From a virus (taxonomy: Duplodnaviria > Caudoviricetes): a DNA stretch of 39,809 nucleotides. The notes below the pieces were generated by a model. The model searched no databases. It was not told the origin of the DNA and saw nothing but the letters and a program-made list of their open reading frames with translations. Shown here in pieces: positions 18,192-27,361 of this stretch (position 1 is the stretch's first letter; every line of letters begins with the position of its first letter). The stretch lies in IMG/VR virus record IMGVR_UViG_3300046001_008474, positions 1-39,809 of that record; one strand, written 5' to 3'. The position numbers and the translations under genes were made by a program.

Positions 18192-18754
18192 AATTTAATC
18201 CAATTCTTTCTATAATCTTTATTTTCAACACAAAACTTAGCGTAATCATTAACAATCGGTCTACCTGTGTTATAACATCCACAAACAATTTTCCAATTAC
18301 CATATTTTCTATAAAGTTTATTTAACAATTTAGTACTTATTTCAATATTCAATTCTATATTATTCTTTAAGTTTTTAACCGAAATCTTTTTTTGTTTTAT
18401 CATGTTTGCCGTAGATGGCATTATTTGCATTGGACCTACCGCACCGGCAAAAGATGTTTGATGAGGTCGGTAGTTCCAATGAAAAGGTCCTTGATATCTT
18501 GTTTCAAGATATGCTATGTTGTAAATGATGTATCTTGGGATTTCGTATTTTTTAGAATATTCTTCTAACAATTCATACATTTCCAAACTATTTGGAGGAT
18601 TGATTAATCCAACACTTCCATCATTCAAAACAACAATATTTTGACTTTTCTCATTATTATATTTCATATAAGAACAACTCAAAATTGTTGTAAGAATACA
18701 AATTGATAAAAGAATTAAAAGTTCTTTTATTGTTACATTATTTTGCGGGTTCAT
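18188..18754 (-). CDS. Lytic transglycosylase (SLT domain), membrane- or lipo-anchored
   Basis: LET catalytic Glu, GAVGPMQIMPSTA, YNTG; N-terminal hydrophobic segment ending ILSC; exact start uncertain. Confidence 0.85.
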   Translation of the reverse strand: MNPQNNVTIKELLILLSICILTTILSCSYMKYNNEKSQNIVVLNDGSVGLINPPNSLEMYELLEEYSKKYEIPRYIIYNIAYLETRYQGPFHWNYRPHQTSFAGAVGPMQIMPSTANMIKQKKISVKNLKNNIELNIEISTKLLNKLYRKYGNWKIVCGCYNTGRPIVNDYAKFCVENKDYRKNWIKF

Positions 18755-19076
18755 TAGGTGTTGTGTTTTCAATCCAAACTGTTTTTGCATATAACTTAAA
18801 AATCATTTTACCAACTGAATCTTGATAAACGGTATAATCTCCTGATTTGGCATCTATAATCATCAAATTGTTATTCTCATCGATTGCCAATCTTACTTGT
18901 GATTTCTTTATTTTCTTAACTTCAATACTAATTTCATTTTTTTCGGAGTTAATTTTTTTATAATAATAACCTATGAAAAAAGAGGCCACGCAAGACGCGA
19001 TTATTATTGAGTAAATTGTTAGACCCTTGATTATTTTTTTAAGGGTTTCTTTGGTTTTTTCTAAGTTAAATTTCAT
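18738..19076 (-). CDS. Single-pass membrane protein
   Basis: N-terminal TM; TATTTAT(-) at 19086. Confidence 0.75.
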   Translation of the reverse strand: MKFNLEKTKETLKKIIKGLTIYSIIIASCVASFFIGYYYKKINSEKNEISIEVKKIKKSQVRLAIDENNNLMIIDAKSGDYTVYQDSVGKMIFKLYAKTVWIENTTPNEPAK

Positions 19077-19106
19077 GTTTTTTTTATAAATAATTGGTAA
19101 AATTAA

Positions 19107-20384
19107 TTAACTAATCAACTTTTTATTACGTTTTTTTCTGTGAAAATTAATAGTAAATCTATGTACTTCATCTTGAATTCTTGCAAGTTGAAAAAAACTT
19201 TCTTCATGTTCCATTTTTATGGACTGACCATTAGTCAAATGTATGGTATCTGACTTGTGGTTGTCATTTTTTGATATTGATATTAAGTCAATTTTGTCAA
19301 ACAAATCAAGTTCTTGAAGTACTTTGATTGCAACGTTTAGTTGACCTTTACCACCATCAATAAGAATCATGGATGGTAGAACACCTTTTTCTTTCATAAG
19401 TCTTTTTAAACGTCTGTTGAGTACCTCATCAAAAGATGCGTAATCGTCAGGACCTTCTACAGTTTTAATATTGAATTTTCTGTATGAATTTTTTTCAGGT
19501 AAACCATTAACATATCTTACAGAACAAGACACTTGACAGTCACCAGCGTGGTGAGAATTGTCAAATGCCTCAACAATTAACGGTGTGTTTTTTAAACCAA
19601 GTTTAGTCTTTAAGTTTTTAGAAAGTTCGATAACATGTTTTACTCTCAAAGGTTCTAAAAGTTTTTTTAGGTCAACAAAATATTCGAGTTTGTGTTTGAA
19701 TTTTTCACATTTCTCAAACTCTAATCTTTTAGAATACTCATTAAGTATTTTTTTTAGTTTGGATTCGATATTATCAAATTTGAATTCAAATAGTTCACGA
19801 ACCATTTTAACATTTTCATGATAAACAAACTTGTCAATATCACCTGAACAAGGAGCGTCACATTTTCCAATGTGAAAGTCTAAACAAGGTCTGAATTTTT
19901 GTGTTTCAATATTTGATTTACTCAAGTTGTAAGAACAAGTTCTAAGACTAATCACATTGTGAATAGTTTCATAAACCTCATAACAAGTGTTACTGTTTGT
20001 AAATTCACCCAAAACTTCAATACCTTCTTCAAGTTTTGGAAATACTTCTAATTTTGGAAAATCACCACCCGTCAAACCAATGTACCATCTACGACTTCTA
20101 TCATCTTTACCTTTAATATTGAATTTTGGACGATATAACTTAATTAAGTCATCTTCAAGTAAAAGAGCTTCACTTTCATTAATAGTTGTTACAAAATCAA
20201 CGTCACGTATTTTTTCACGTAGTACTTTTACTTTTTCATCATCATGGTTTTCCCTGAAATAAGACATGACTCTGTTGGGTAAATATTTAGATTTACCAAC
20301 ATAAATTATTTGGTTTTTCTCATCTTTGAAAAGATAACAACCCGAGGATTTGGGTATTAGGGAAAGTTTTTCTTGAAGAACCAT
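19107..20384 (-). CDS. uvrC: Excinuclease ABC subunit C-like (short, no HhH)
   Basis: GCY...IYVGKSK.L..RV.SYF GIY-YIG; Cys cluster; LEFE UVR; EAFDNSH, YRKFNIK, DDYA, IDGGKGQL, RIQDEVHRF. Confidence 0.9.
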   Translation of the reverse strand: MVLQEKLSLIPKSSGCYLFKDEKNQIIYVGKSKYLPNRVMSYFRENHDDEKVKVLREKIRDVDFVTTINESEALLLEDDLIKLYRPKFNIKGKDDRSRRWYIGLTGGDFPKLEVFPKLEEGIEVLGEFTNSNTCYEVYETIHNVISLRTCSYNLSKSNIETQKFRPCLDFHIGKCDAPCSGDIDKFVYHENVKMVRELFEFKFDNIESKLKKILNEYSKRLEFEKCEKFKHKLEYFVDLKKLLEPLRVKHVIELSKNLKTKLGLKNTPLIVEAFDNSHHAGDCQVSCSVRYVNGLPEKNSYRKFNIKTVEGPDDYASFDEVLNRRLKRLMKEKGVLPSMILIDGGKGQLNVAIKVLQELDLFDKIDLISISKNDNHKSDTIHLTNGQSIKMEHEESFFQLARIQDEVHRFTINFHRKKRNKKLIS

Positions 20385-20439
20385 AAGACAAAGGTAGTAA
20401 ATTTTTTACAATTTACCAACCTTTGAATTAAATTTGTAA

Positions 20440-20865
20440 TTAGTTTACAGATACTACTTCGATATCGAAGAATAATTTTTTTCCTGCTAAAGGATGATTA
20501 GCGTCAATTACAACAGTTTCGTCTTTAATTTCTACAACTCTAACGTTGATAGGACCTTGAGGACCCATACCTTGTAAATTTTCACCGGCTTTAACTCCTT
20601 CAGGAACTTGGTTTTTTGGAATCTCAGTAATTAATTGTTCATTTATTGAACCATACGCTTGGTCAGATTCAATTTCAACTGTTTTTGATTCACCAATGGT
20701 CATATCTATAAGACCCATTTCAAATCCTTTAATTAAACGACCTGTTCCAACAGTTTCGGTTAATGGTTCACGACCTTCATTTCGAGACGAATCAAAGATA
20801 GTTCCGTCTTCAAGTTTACCAGTATAATGAACTGTTACTTTGTCTCCATTTTTAATTTTTTCCAT
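20440..20865 (-). CDS. FKBP-type peptidyl-prolyl isomerase (SlyD/SlpA-like)
   Basis: VHYTGKLEDG.IFDSS, LIKGFE, AYG, DANHPLAGK.L.F. Confidence 0.92.
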   Translation of the reverse strand: MEKIKNGDKVTVHYTGKLEDGTIFDSSRNEGREPLTETVGTGRLIKGFEMGLIDMTIGESKTVEIESDQAYGSINEQLITEIPKNQVPEGVKAGENLQGMGPQGPINVRVVEIKDETVVIDANHPLAGKKLFFDIEVVSVN

Positions 20866-20986
20866 TTTTAAAATATTTTTAAAATGATAGATTAAACTTA
20901 TCGAATAATCAAATATTTTTTTATATATTTGAAATATTATTACAACTGTAAAATACTTATATTAAGAAATCATTAATTTTATAGAA

Positions 20987-21166
20987 ATGACAAACGAAGA
21001 AATTTTAGAAGAAATTTTTCATGAAATTCACAGATTAGGGATGTTTCATGAGTTTTGTGACATAGTAGAAACTATACAAAAAAAGGACATAAAAAAATCT
21101 CACAACGAAATCGCTCAGTTTATTTACCATGACATGATTCAAAATGGCAAAATAAAATCATTTTAA
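20987..21166 (+). CDS. Small hypothetical protein (59 aa, not in ORF track)
   Basis: MTNEEILEEIFHEIH... open frame in the gap. Confidence 0.55.
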   Translation: MTNEEILEEIFHEIHRLGMFHEFCDIVETIQKKDIKKSHNEIAQFIYHDMIQNGKIKSF

Positions 21167-21430
21167 GTCGTAACTCGATACAATTGCAAGGTTATCTGAT
21201 GGGTAACCTGTATATTTCCATGACTCTTCTATTAAGTAATTAAGACCACTTAAACCAACTTCTTCAAACAATTCAATGTTTGTAATTAGTACTTTACAAT
21301 CAACCGATATTTTCTGATTAGTGGTACAATATTTAATATAGTTTACTTCAACTACACTACCTTCACCATATAAGGCCTCCAAATCTTTTAAAAAGATTTT
21401 GTTTAGTAAGACAAATAAACATTTTTTCAT
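21158..21430 (-). CDS. Hypothetical protein
   Basis: ORF track. Confidence 0.7.
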   Translation of the reverse strand: MKKCLFVLLNKIFLKDLEALYGEGSVVEVNYIKYCTTNQKISVDCKVLITNIELFEEVGLSGLNYLIEESWKYTGYPSDNLAIVSSYDLK

Positions 21431-21486
21431 TTAATTAAAAGTAGTTGATTTTATTGAAAAAAAACCATAACATTCTAAAAAAAAAC

Positions 21487-21726
21487 ATGTATTTAAACGT
21501 TATTTTAACAATTTTAGTTTTAGTATTAATCACCATTTCTACCTTAACGGTACTATGGTGGAAAAAATACGGAAAAGAATTATTTTCTTTAATAATAAAT
21601 ATGAAAAACATGAAAGAGAATGTTTCATCATCTAACCCTATGTTACCTGATTTAAACAGTTTACTATCAGATTTTGAATCTATATCAAAAAATTTTAGTA
21701 AATTTGGAAACAATAAAAATTTATAG
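21487..21726 (+). CDS. Single-pass membrane protein
   Basis: ATG21487, TM followed by WWKKYGK. Confidence 0.65.
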   Translation: MYLNVILTILVLVLITISTLTVLWWKKYGKELFSLIINMKNMKENVSSSNPMLPDLNSLLSDFESISKNFSKFGNNKNL

Positions 21727-21728
21727 AA

Positions 21729-21941
21729 ATGGAAATAATTAAATTACAACATGAGTACGAGTGGGTCGTATCGGTTTTGAATTCTTGTACTAATCTTGAC
21801 CAAATTAAAACTTCTGAAAAGTTGTTCAGTAACTTTATATACAAATGGATTGATGATTTGTCTGAAGAAAAAACATTAACATTAAATTGGAACTTCAAAA
21901 AACACGTATCTCAAAAAAAATTGAATTTGAATAGTCAATAG
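21729..21941 (+). CDS. Hypothetical protein
   Basis: ORF track; W...VLNSC...Q motif. Confidence 0.7.
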   Translation: MEIIKLQHEYEWVVSVLNSCTNLDQIKTSEKLFSNFIYKWIDDLSEEKTLTLNWNFKKHVSQKKLNLNSQ

Positions 21942-21972
21942 GAATAATTTTTTTGTTTTATAGTATATTTAT

Positions 21973-22043
21973 TTTCACTATCACTCTCGTCAGGAGAGCC
22001 TATATATAGAAAAAGGGGTTATTTTTTTAAATACCCCTTTTTT
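21973..22043 (+). ncRNA. Candidate small RNA between a TATTTAT promoter and a terminator
   Basis: TATTTAT 21966-21972, CTCTC/GAGAG hairpin, terminator, no ORF. Confidence 0.35.
22009..22043 (+). terminator. Intrinsic terminator
   Basis: AAAAAGGGGT...ACCCCTTTTTT. Confidence 0.75.
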
Positions 22044-22072
22044 ATTTAAAAATAATTTAATATCTTTGTATT

Positions 22073-22636
22073 ATGGAAAATGAAAAAGTTGGTTTTTTAG
22101 AAAATATTAGACTTTGGTGGAAATTTGAAGGAAGATATTACCACAAAGATTTTGTAAATGGGGTTAAGAATCTCATTCGTTGGTTTCCTGTTATATGGAA
22201 AGATAGAGATTGGGATGACCACTTTATTTGGGAGTTAATGATGAAGAAGATTACTTTCCAAGCTAAGTATATTGGAGACCAAGATAGACACACTCGTGCT
22301 AAACGTGATGCTGAAATAATGATGACTTGTGTTAGGTTAATGGAGAGAGTTAAAGAAGAGTACTATGGTACAGAATATATAGATTATCACGAAACTAAAC
22401 ATGAATTTGTTGATTGTGATGTTCCAGGACATAAAATGTTAAAAACAACAGAATTAAGTGAGAGATTTGATGAATATTTTTCAAAGTATCCTAGACTTTA
22501 CAAGAAAATTTTAAGTGAAAATCCTAACGAATCTAAATCAAGAATTGGATTTTTGATGTCAATGGAAAATCACAAAAAGGCAAAAAGGATACTTTTTAGA
22601 TTAATGGAACAATATATAGGAAACTGGTGGGATTAA
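22073..22636 (+). CDS. Conserved phage hypothetical protein
   Basis: WFPVIWKDRDWD ... WWD motifs; TATCTTTG at 22061. Confidence 0.8.
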   Translation: MENEKVGFLENIRLWWKFEGRYYHKDFVNGVKNLIRWFPVIWKDRDWDDHFIWELMMKKITFQAKYIGDQDRHTRAKRDAEIMMTCVRLMERVKEEYYGTEYIDYHETKHEFVDCDVPGHKMLKTTELSERFDEYFSKYPRLYKKILSENPNESKSRIGFLMSMENHKKAKRILFRLMEQYIGNWWD

Positions 22637-22733
22637 AAAAAAATAAAATTATGAAAAAATTTTTAGACAAATATGCGTGGTTAGTAATAACAATTTGGTT
22701 TATTTTGATAATTTCATTATCTTTGATATTATC

Positions 22734-23414
22734 ATGAGAATTACATTTATATCTGACACACATAACAAACATAATCAGATAACAAAAGATTTATTTGGTG
22801 GAGACTTGTTATTACATGCGGGAGACATATCTTCAATGGGTTATAAACATGAAATTACCGAATTCTGTAAATGGTATAATAAGTTGGATAACTACGATAC
22901 CAAAGTATTTATCGCGGGAAATCATGATTGGGGTTTTCAAAAAAACCAAAATGAAACCACTGAACTTTTGAAGTTATATGAAAATATCGTATATCTACAA
23001 GATAATTTACATAATGTAGGTGAAGATAAAATCAAAGTATGGGGAAGTCCTTGGCAACCTGAATTTTTTCAGTGGGCGTTTAATCTACCTCGAAACGGAC
23101 AAGAACTAAAAGAAAAATGGGATTTAATCCCAACAGATACCGATATTCTTGTTACACACGGTCCTGCTTGGGGTTACGTTGATAAAGTACTTGGAACTCA
23201 AAAACCTCTTGGTTGTGAATTATTAATTAATAGAATAAAAGAAATTAAACCCAAAATTCATGTTTGCGGTCACATACACAGTGGATACGGTTATTATTTT
23301 GATGGTAATACTCATTTCATAAATGCTGCAGTATTAGGTGAAAATTATCAATATGAAAATAAACCTTTAACTGTGGAATGGAATCCTAAGACAAATGAAT
23401 TAGAGTTTATTTAA
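22734..23414 (+). CDS. Calcineurin-like metallophosphoesterase
   Basis: SDTH, AGD, GNHD, THGP, GHIH motifs; start ATG22734. Confidence 0.92.
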   Translation: MRITFISDTHNKHNQITKDLFGGDLLLHAGDISSMGYKHEITEFCKWYNKLDNYDTKVFIAGNHDWGFQKNQNETTELLKLYENIVYLQDNLHNVGEDKIKVWGSPWQPEFFQWAFNLPRNGQELKEKWDLIPTDTDILVTHGPAWGYVDKVLGTQKPLGCELLINRIKEIKPKIHVCGHIHSGYGYYFDGNTHFINAAVLGENYQYENKPLTVEWNPKTNELEFI

Positions 23415-23418
23415 AATT

Positions 23419-23448
23419 AAAAATCCCTCAATTAAGAGGGATTTTTTT
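23419..23448. terminator. Bidirectional terminator
   Basis: AAAAATCCCTC/GAGGGATTTTTTT between convergent genes. Confidence 0.8.
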
Positions 23449-24049
23449 ATTTAGATAATAATTCATGAAAGTGTTTAAAATGTTTGATTCTATCGACCAA
23501 ACCAATTTTTCCACCATTAACTCTTTTTGTAACTTCAGTTACCACTGCGTCAGTCGCTCCCTTATCACAAATAGACCAAAGATTATTATTATTGAAAAAG
23601 AACGCCGCAGATGCTAATGGATATTTTGTTGCGACTAAATCAGGATTAGATACACAGTCCTCACCTATAAATTTTGTAAAGTTTGTATAGTTGTTTTTTC
23701 CGGTTAATTGGATGTAACCTCTGCCACGGAATTTGAAACCCTCTTTAGTAGTTTCATCACCATTTCCCATTCTACCACCATAAACTCTAGCAGCGATTTT
23801 TTCAGGGTTTCTTGCGTAAGACTCAGAAAGTGTTCCGGGGAAATATTTCGGAAATATTTTTTTTAATCCGTCTGAAGAATAGTTTAGGTTTTCAGAGACG
23901 GCTTTAAAGTTACCCGATTCATGTGAACATTGTGCTAAGAAGTGAGCTAATCTCAAATCATTAGTAATGTTAAATTTTGTTGCAGTATCCTGGATTTGAT
24001 TGTATACCGCGTCAGGTACGTGACCTTTTAGTTTTTCTATGTTTATCAT
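23447..24049 (-). CDS. Glycoside hydrolase family 19 endolysin
   Basis: AHFLAQCSHESG, ENLNYS, FRGRGYIQLTGKNNY, TKRVNGG..GL.DR. Confidence 0.92.
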   Translation of the reverse strand: MINIEKLKGHVPDAVYNQIQDTATKFNITNDLRLAHFLAQCSHESGNFKAVSENLNYSSDGLKKIFPKYFPGTLSESYARNPEKIAARVYGGRMGNGDETTKEGFKFRGRGYIQLTGKNNYTNFTKFIGEDCVSNPDLVATKYPLASAAFFFNNNNLWSICDKGATDAVVTEVTKRVNGGKIGLVDRIKHFKHFHELLSK

Positions 24050-24120
24050 AAAGTTTTAATTTACAATAAATATCTTAAAATAAAATAAATAGTTAATGAA
24101 ATTTTAACATATTTATTGAC

Positions 24121-26052
24121 ATGTCAAAACATTCTAATTATATTAAAAAATTAAATGAAACTTTAATATTCCAATCACATAATCCTTTATTTTATGAAGG
24201 TAATACTACAGAAGGAGCTAAAGTACTAACTAAAAAAGTTACAGATTCTATAGATGCTGATAGATGTTCAATATGGTTATATAATGAAGATAAATCTGAA
24301 ATAATATGTGAACAATTATATGTTAAATCTGAAAATACTTGGTATCAGAATATAACACTACATAAAAAAGATTTCCAACCTTATTTTTTAGAGTTATTAT
24401 CAAACCCAATTATCATTGCCAATGATGCCGAAACACACCAAGCGACTTCTTGTTTTACCGAAAATTATTTAAAACCTCTTGGGGTAAAATCAATGTTAGA
24501 TGTCCCTGTTATTTATCGTGGAGAAACTATTGGGGTGATTTGTATTGAGTCATTAACATTTAGAGAATGGGATGATGTTGAGATTGATTTTGCACAATTA
24601 TTATCATCTATTTATAGTTTTGCATATTCAATTAAAGAAGGGAATGATTTATTGAGGATAAATAAAGAAACTGAAAATTTTTTAAATAGTGCCGCAATTG
24701 TTTCGGTCACAGATAAAAATGGTAAAATTACATACGTTAATAAAAAATTTGAGGATGTATCTGGATGGTCTTTGGATGAAGTAATGGGTAAAGACCATAA
24801 TATTGTTAACTCAGGGTTACAACCTGATGGTTATTGGGGTGAAATGTATCAGACAGTAATGAAAGGTGAGATATGGAATGATGTTGTTACCAATAAATCA
24901 AAATCCGGAGAATTATATTACGTTGATACATACATTAAAGCAAAATTTAATAAAAATGGTAAGTTAGAAGGATTTTCATCAATTAGACAAGATGTAACGG
25001 AGATTAAGAAAAAGGAAGTGGAAATCCGTAATAGAATGAATGCGATAAATAAATCTAATGCGGTTATTGAGTTTGATTTAGAAGGAAATATTATTTTTGC
25101 CAATGACTTGTTTTTAAACACTATGGGTTATTATTCACAAGATGAAGTAATTGGAAAACACCATAGAATTTTTATAGGCGATGAATATGCAAAAAGTGAC
25201 GAGTATTCTCTTTTTTGGAAAAAATTAAATGAAGGTGTATTGTTTTCTGGTGAAATTGTTAGAATTAAAAAAGATGGGTCTTTAGTACATTTGCAAGCAA
25301 CTTACAATCCTATCGTTGGTATGGATGGTAAGATTTATCGTGTTATGAAAATAGCTACGGATATCACCGAATCTTATGAACAAAAAAAAGAGATTGAAAA
25401 GAAAAATACTTACTTAGAACACGCTGCCAAAATATTAAGACATGATATGCACTCAGGTATTAATACTTATATGCCAAGAGGACTTAGTTCATTAGAACGT
25501 AGATTGAAACCTGAAGATATTGAATCATTAAAGATTGAATCACCCCTTAAAATGATTAAGGAAGGACTTAAACATTCACAAAAAGTTTATAAAGGTGTTT
25601 ACGAGTTTACCAATCTTGTAAAGAAAGATGTTGTATTAAACAAATCTGAATGTAATGTAAAAAACATCCTTATTGATTATTTATCATCAACCGCTTATAT
25701 AAGTCAAGTGGTGTTAGAAGATAATTTACCAACAATCGAAATTAATGAGGCGTTATTTTGTACGGCAGTTGATAACCTAATAAGAAATGGTTTAAAGTAT
25801 AACGACTCTGAAACAAAGTTTGTTAAGATAAGTTATGAGGACGGCTCAATTTTAATACAAGATAATGGTAGAGGGATATCCCAAGAAGATTTTAATTATC
25901 TATCTAAACCATATACAAGAAAAGAAGGGCAAAAAGAATCTGGTACAGGGTTAGGTTTAAATATTTGTGTGGCAATTTTAGAAGAACACGGGTTTATAAT
26001 TACCTGTGAAAAAAATGAAGTTGGAACTAAAATGAAAATAAAAATAAAATAA
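24121..26052 (+). CDS. Cytoplasmic sensor histidine kinase GAF-PAS-PAS-HisKA-HATPase
   Basis: GAF (SMLDVPV..G.ICIE), two PAS/PAC, H-box RHDM, N-box NLIRNGLKYN, DNGRGI, GTGLGL; no TM. Confidence 0.92.
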   Translation: MSKHSNYIKKLNETLIFQSHNPLFYEGNTTEGAKVLTKKVTDSIDADRCSIWLYNEDKSEIICEQLYVKSENTWYQNITLHKKDFQPYFLELLSNPIIIANDAETHQATSCFTENYLKPLGVKSMLDVPVIYRGETIGVICIESLTFREWDDVEIDFAQLLSSIYSFAYSIKEGNDLLRINKETENFLNSAAIVSVTDKNGKITYVNKKFEDVSGWSLDEVMGKDHNIVNSGLQPDGYWGEMYQTVMKGEIWNDVVTNKSKSGELYYVDTYIKAKFNKNGKLEGFSSIRQDVTEIKKKEVEIRNRMNAINKSNAVIEFDLEGNIIFANDLFLNTMGYYSQDEVIGKHHRIFIGDEYAKSDEYSLFWKKLNEGVLFSGEIVRIKKDGSLVHLQATYNPIVGMDGKIYRVMKIATDITESYEQKKEIEKKNTYLEHAAKILRHDMHSGINTYMPRGLSSLERRLKPEDIESLKIESPLKMIKEGLKHSQKVYKGVYEFTNLVKKDVVLNKSECNVKNILIDYLSSTAYISQVVLEDNLPTIEINEALFCTAVDNLIRNGLKYNDSETKFVKISYEDGSILIQDNGRGISQEDFNYLSKPYTRKEGQKESGTGLGLNICVAILEEHGFIITCEKNEVGTKMKIKIK

Positions 26053-26065
26053 AAAAAAGAAAAAA

Positions 26066-26497
26066 ATGATTGATTCAATTTTATTAGTTGATGATGAGGA
26101 TTTATTCCATTTGGTTTTTGAGGATAGTTGTTCCTTATTAGACATTACATTGTCATTAAAAAGTTTAAATAGTTCTGATGAGGCCGCTAAATTATTCGCC
26201 GATTGGCAAAAAAACTCAAATGGTAAACCTGAATGTGTATTCGTTGACCTTAATATTATAGGTTCATCCTTTGATGGTATTGAACTTATCCGTAAGGTTA
26301 ATTTTGAGTATGGTAATAACGTAGTTATAGGTATTATATCTTCGAGTAACGAATCGGAAGAACAAGCTAAGGCAGTACAAGCGGGAGCTCAATTTTGGAT
26401 AATAAAATCTGACGACATTGAACCTCGTTTAGAAGAGTTTAGAAAAGATTACGAAGGTTATAAAAATAGAACCGCACCATTTAAAGTGTATAAGTAA
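26066..26497 (+). CDS. Stand-alone response regulator (receiver only)
   Basis: LLVDDE, FVDLN phosphoacceptor, DGIELIR, ISSS, IIKS. Confidence 0.9.
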   Translation: MIDSILLVDDEDLFHLVFEDSCSLLDITLSLKSLNSSDEAAKLFADWQKNSNGKPECVFVDLNIIGSSFDGIELIRKVNFEYGNNVVIGIISSSNESEEQAKAVQAGAQFWIIKSDDIEPRLEEFRKDYEGYKNRTAPFKVYK

Positions 26498-27174
26498 TGG
26501 TTAAACTCAACAAAGAAACTAAAAACGAATTAATTGAATTATTAAATTCTAAAAGCATTGCTTTAGAAGGTAATATTGTTAAATTATTTGATGCTGAGGG
26601 TGATGTTGAGTTTGAAAAATATTTAAAAACTTGTTCTGAGAAAGATAAAGATAATAGAAAAAAACGTTTAGAAATTACTAAACAAGTTCAATTACAAAAT
26701 AAAGAATTATCCGACCTTAATTTGGAAAATGCAAAAATTATGTCCGAATTACAGACAACTCTTAAAAATGTTGAGGAATCTAAAAATCAAATTGAACTTC
26801 AGAACAGGGAACTCATAGCATGGAAAGAAGATAATGAACGAATGGGTCAGGAACTTAAAGAGGAAATGGCCAAGTCAGAAATTGCTCGAATTGATGCTGA
26901 AAATGCTAAGAAAAACGCCGAAAATGACCTTGATGTTTTACAAAAAAGAACTCAGTTTCAATTGATTAATACAATTGTAAGAATGGCGTTATTTGTAATT
27001 GTTGGTGTTGGTATAGTGACTACGATTTTATATATGACCGCAATCTTTTACAACAAAGACACTCAAATTATCGGTTCAACTTGGAGTAATATGTTTGGTA
27101 TTTTACTAACTAACGCTTTTAGTATTGTTGGTACAATAATGGGTGTTAAATACGCGTCAGAAAAAAAAGATTAA
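26497..27174 (+). CDS. Coiled-coil protein with two C-terminal TM helices
   Basis: Long heptad region, two hydrophobic segments; TAATG coupling to the regulator. Confidence 0.85.
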   Translation: MVKLNKETKNELIELLNSKSIALEGNIVKLFDAEGDVEFEKYLKTCSEKDKDNRKKRLEITKQVQLQNKELSDLNLENAKIMSELQTTLKNVEESKNQIELQNRELIAWKEDNERMGQELKEEMAKSEIARIDAENAKKNAENDLDVLQKRTQFQLINTIVRMALFVIVGVGIVTTILYMTAIFYNKDTQIIGSTWSNMFGILLTNAFSIVGTIMGVKYASEKKD

Positions 27175-27344
27175 CTTTTTTTCTTTCTTTTTTTAGTTTC
27201 AGGTGGTTCAGTTTTATATGTTATTAACACCTCAACTGGATTAATTCGACTTACTTTACTGTTATATTTCCATGTAGAAATGGTAAAGTCGTCTTCATAA
27301 ACGACTTCCCATTTCGTATGGACTGATATATTTTTTTTATCCAC
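27171..27344 (-). CDS. Small hypothetical protein (57 aa, GTG start, not in ORF track)
   Basis: ...KWEVVYEDD...WKYN...PVEV open frame in the gap. Confidence 0.55.
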   Translation of the reverse strand: MDKKNISVHTKWEVVYEDDFTISTWKYNSKVSRINPVEVLITYKTEPPETKKRKKKS

Positions 27345-27361
27345 GATATAAAGTTACAAAT

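Noticed and set aside
24121-27174. Host chromosomal contamination or chimeric assembly of the two-component operon
   Set aside because: Similar AT-rich composition to the flanks, carries the phage TATTTAT motif, and joins tightly to phage genes; read mapping would be the final check
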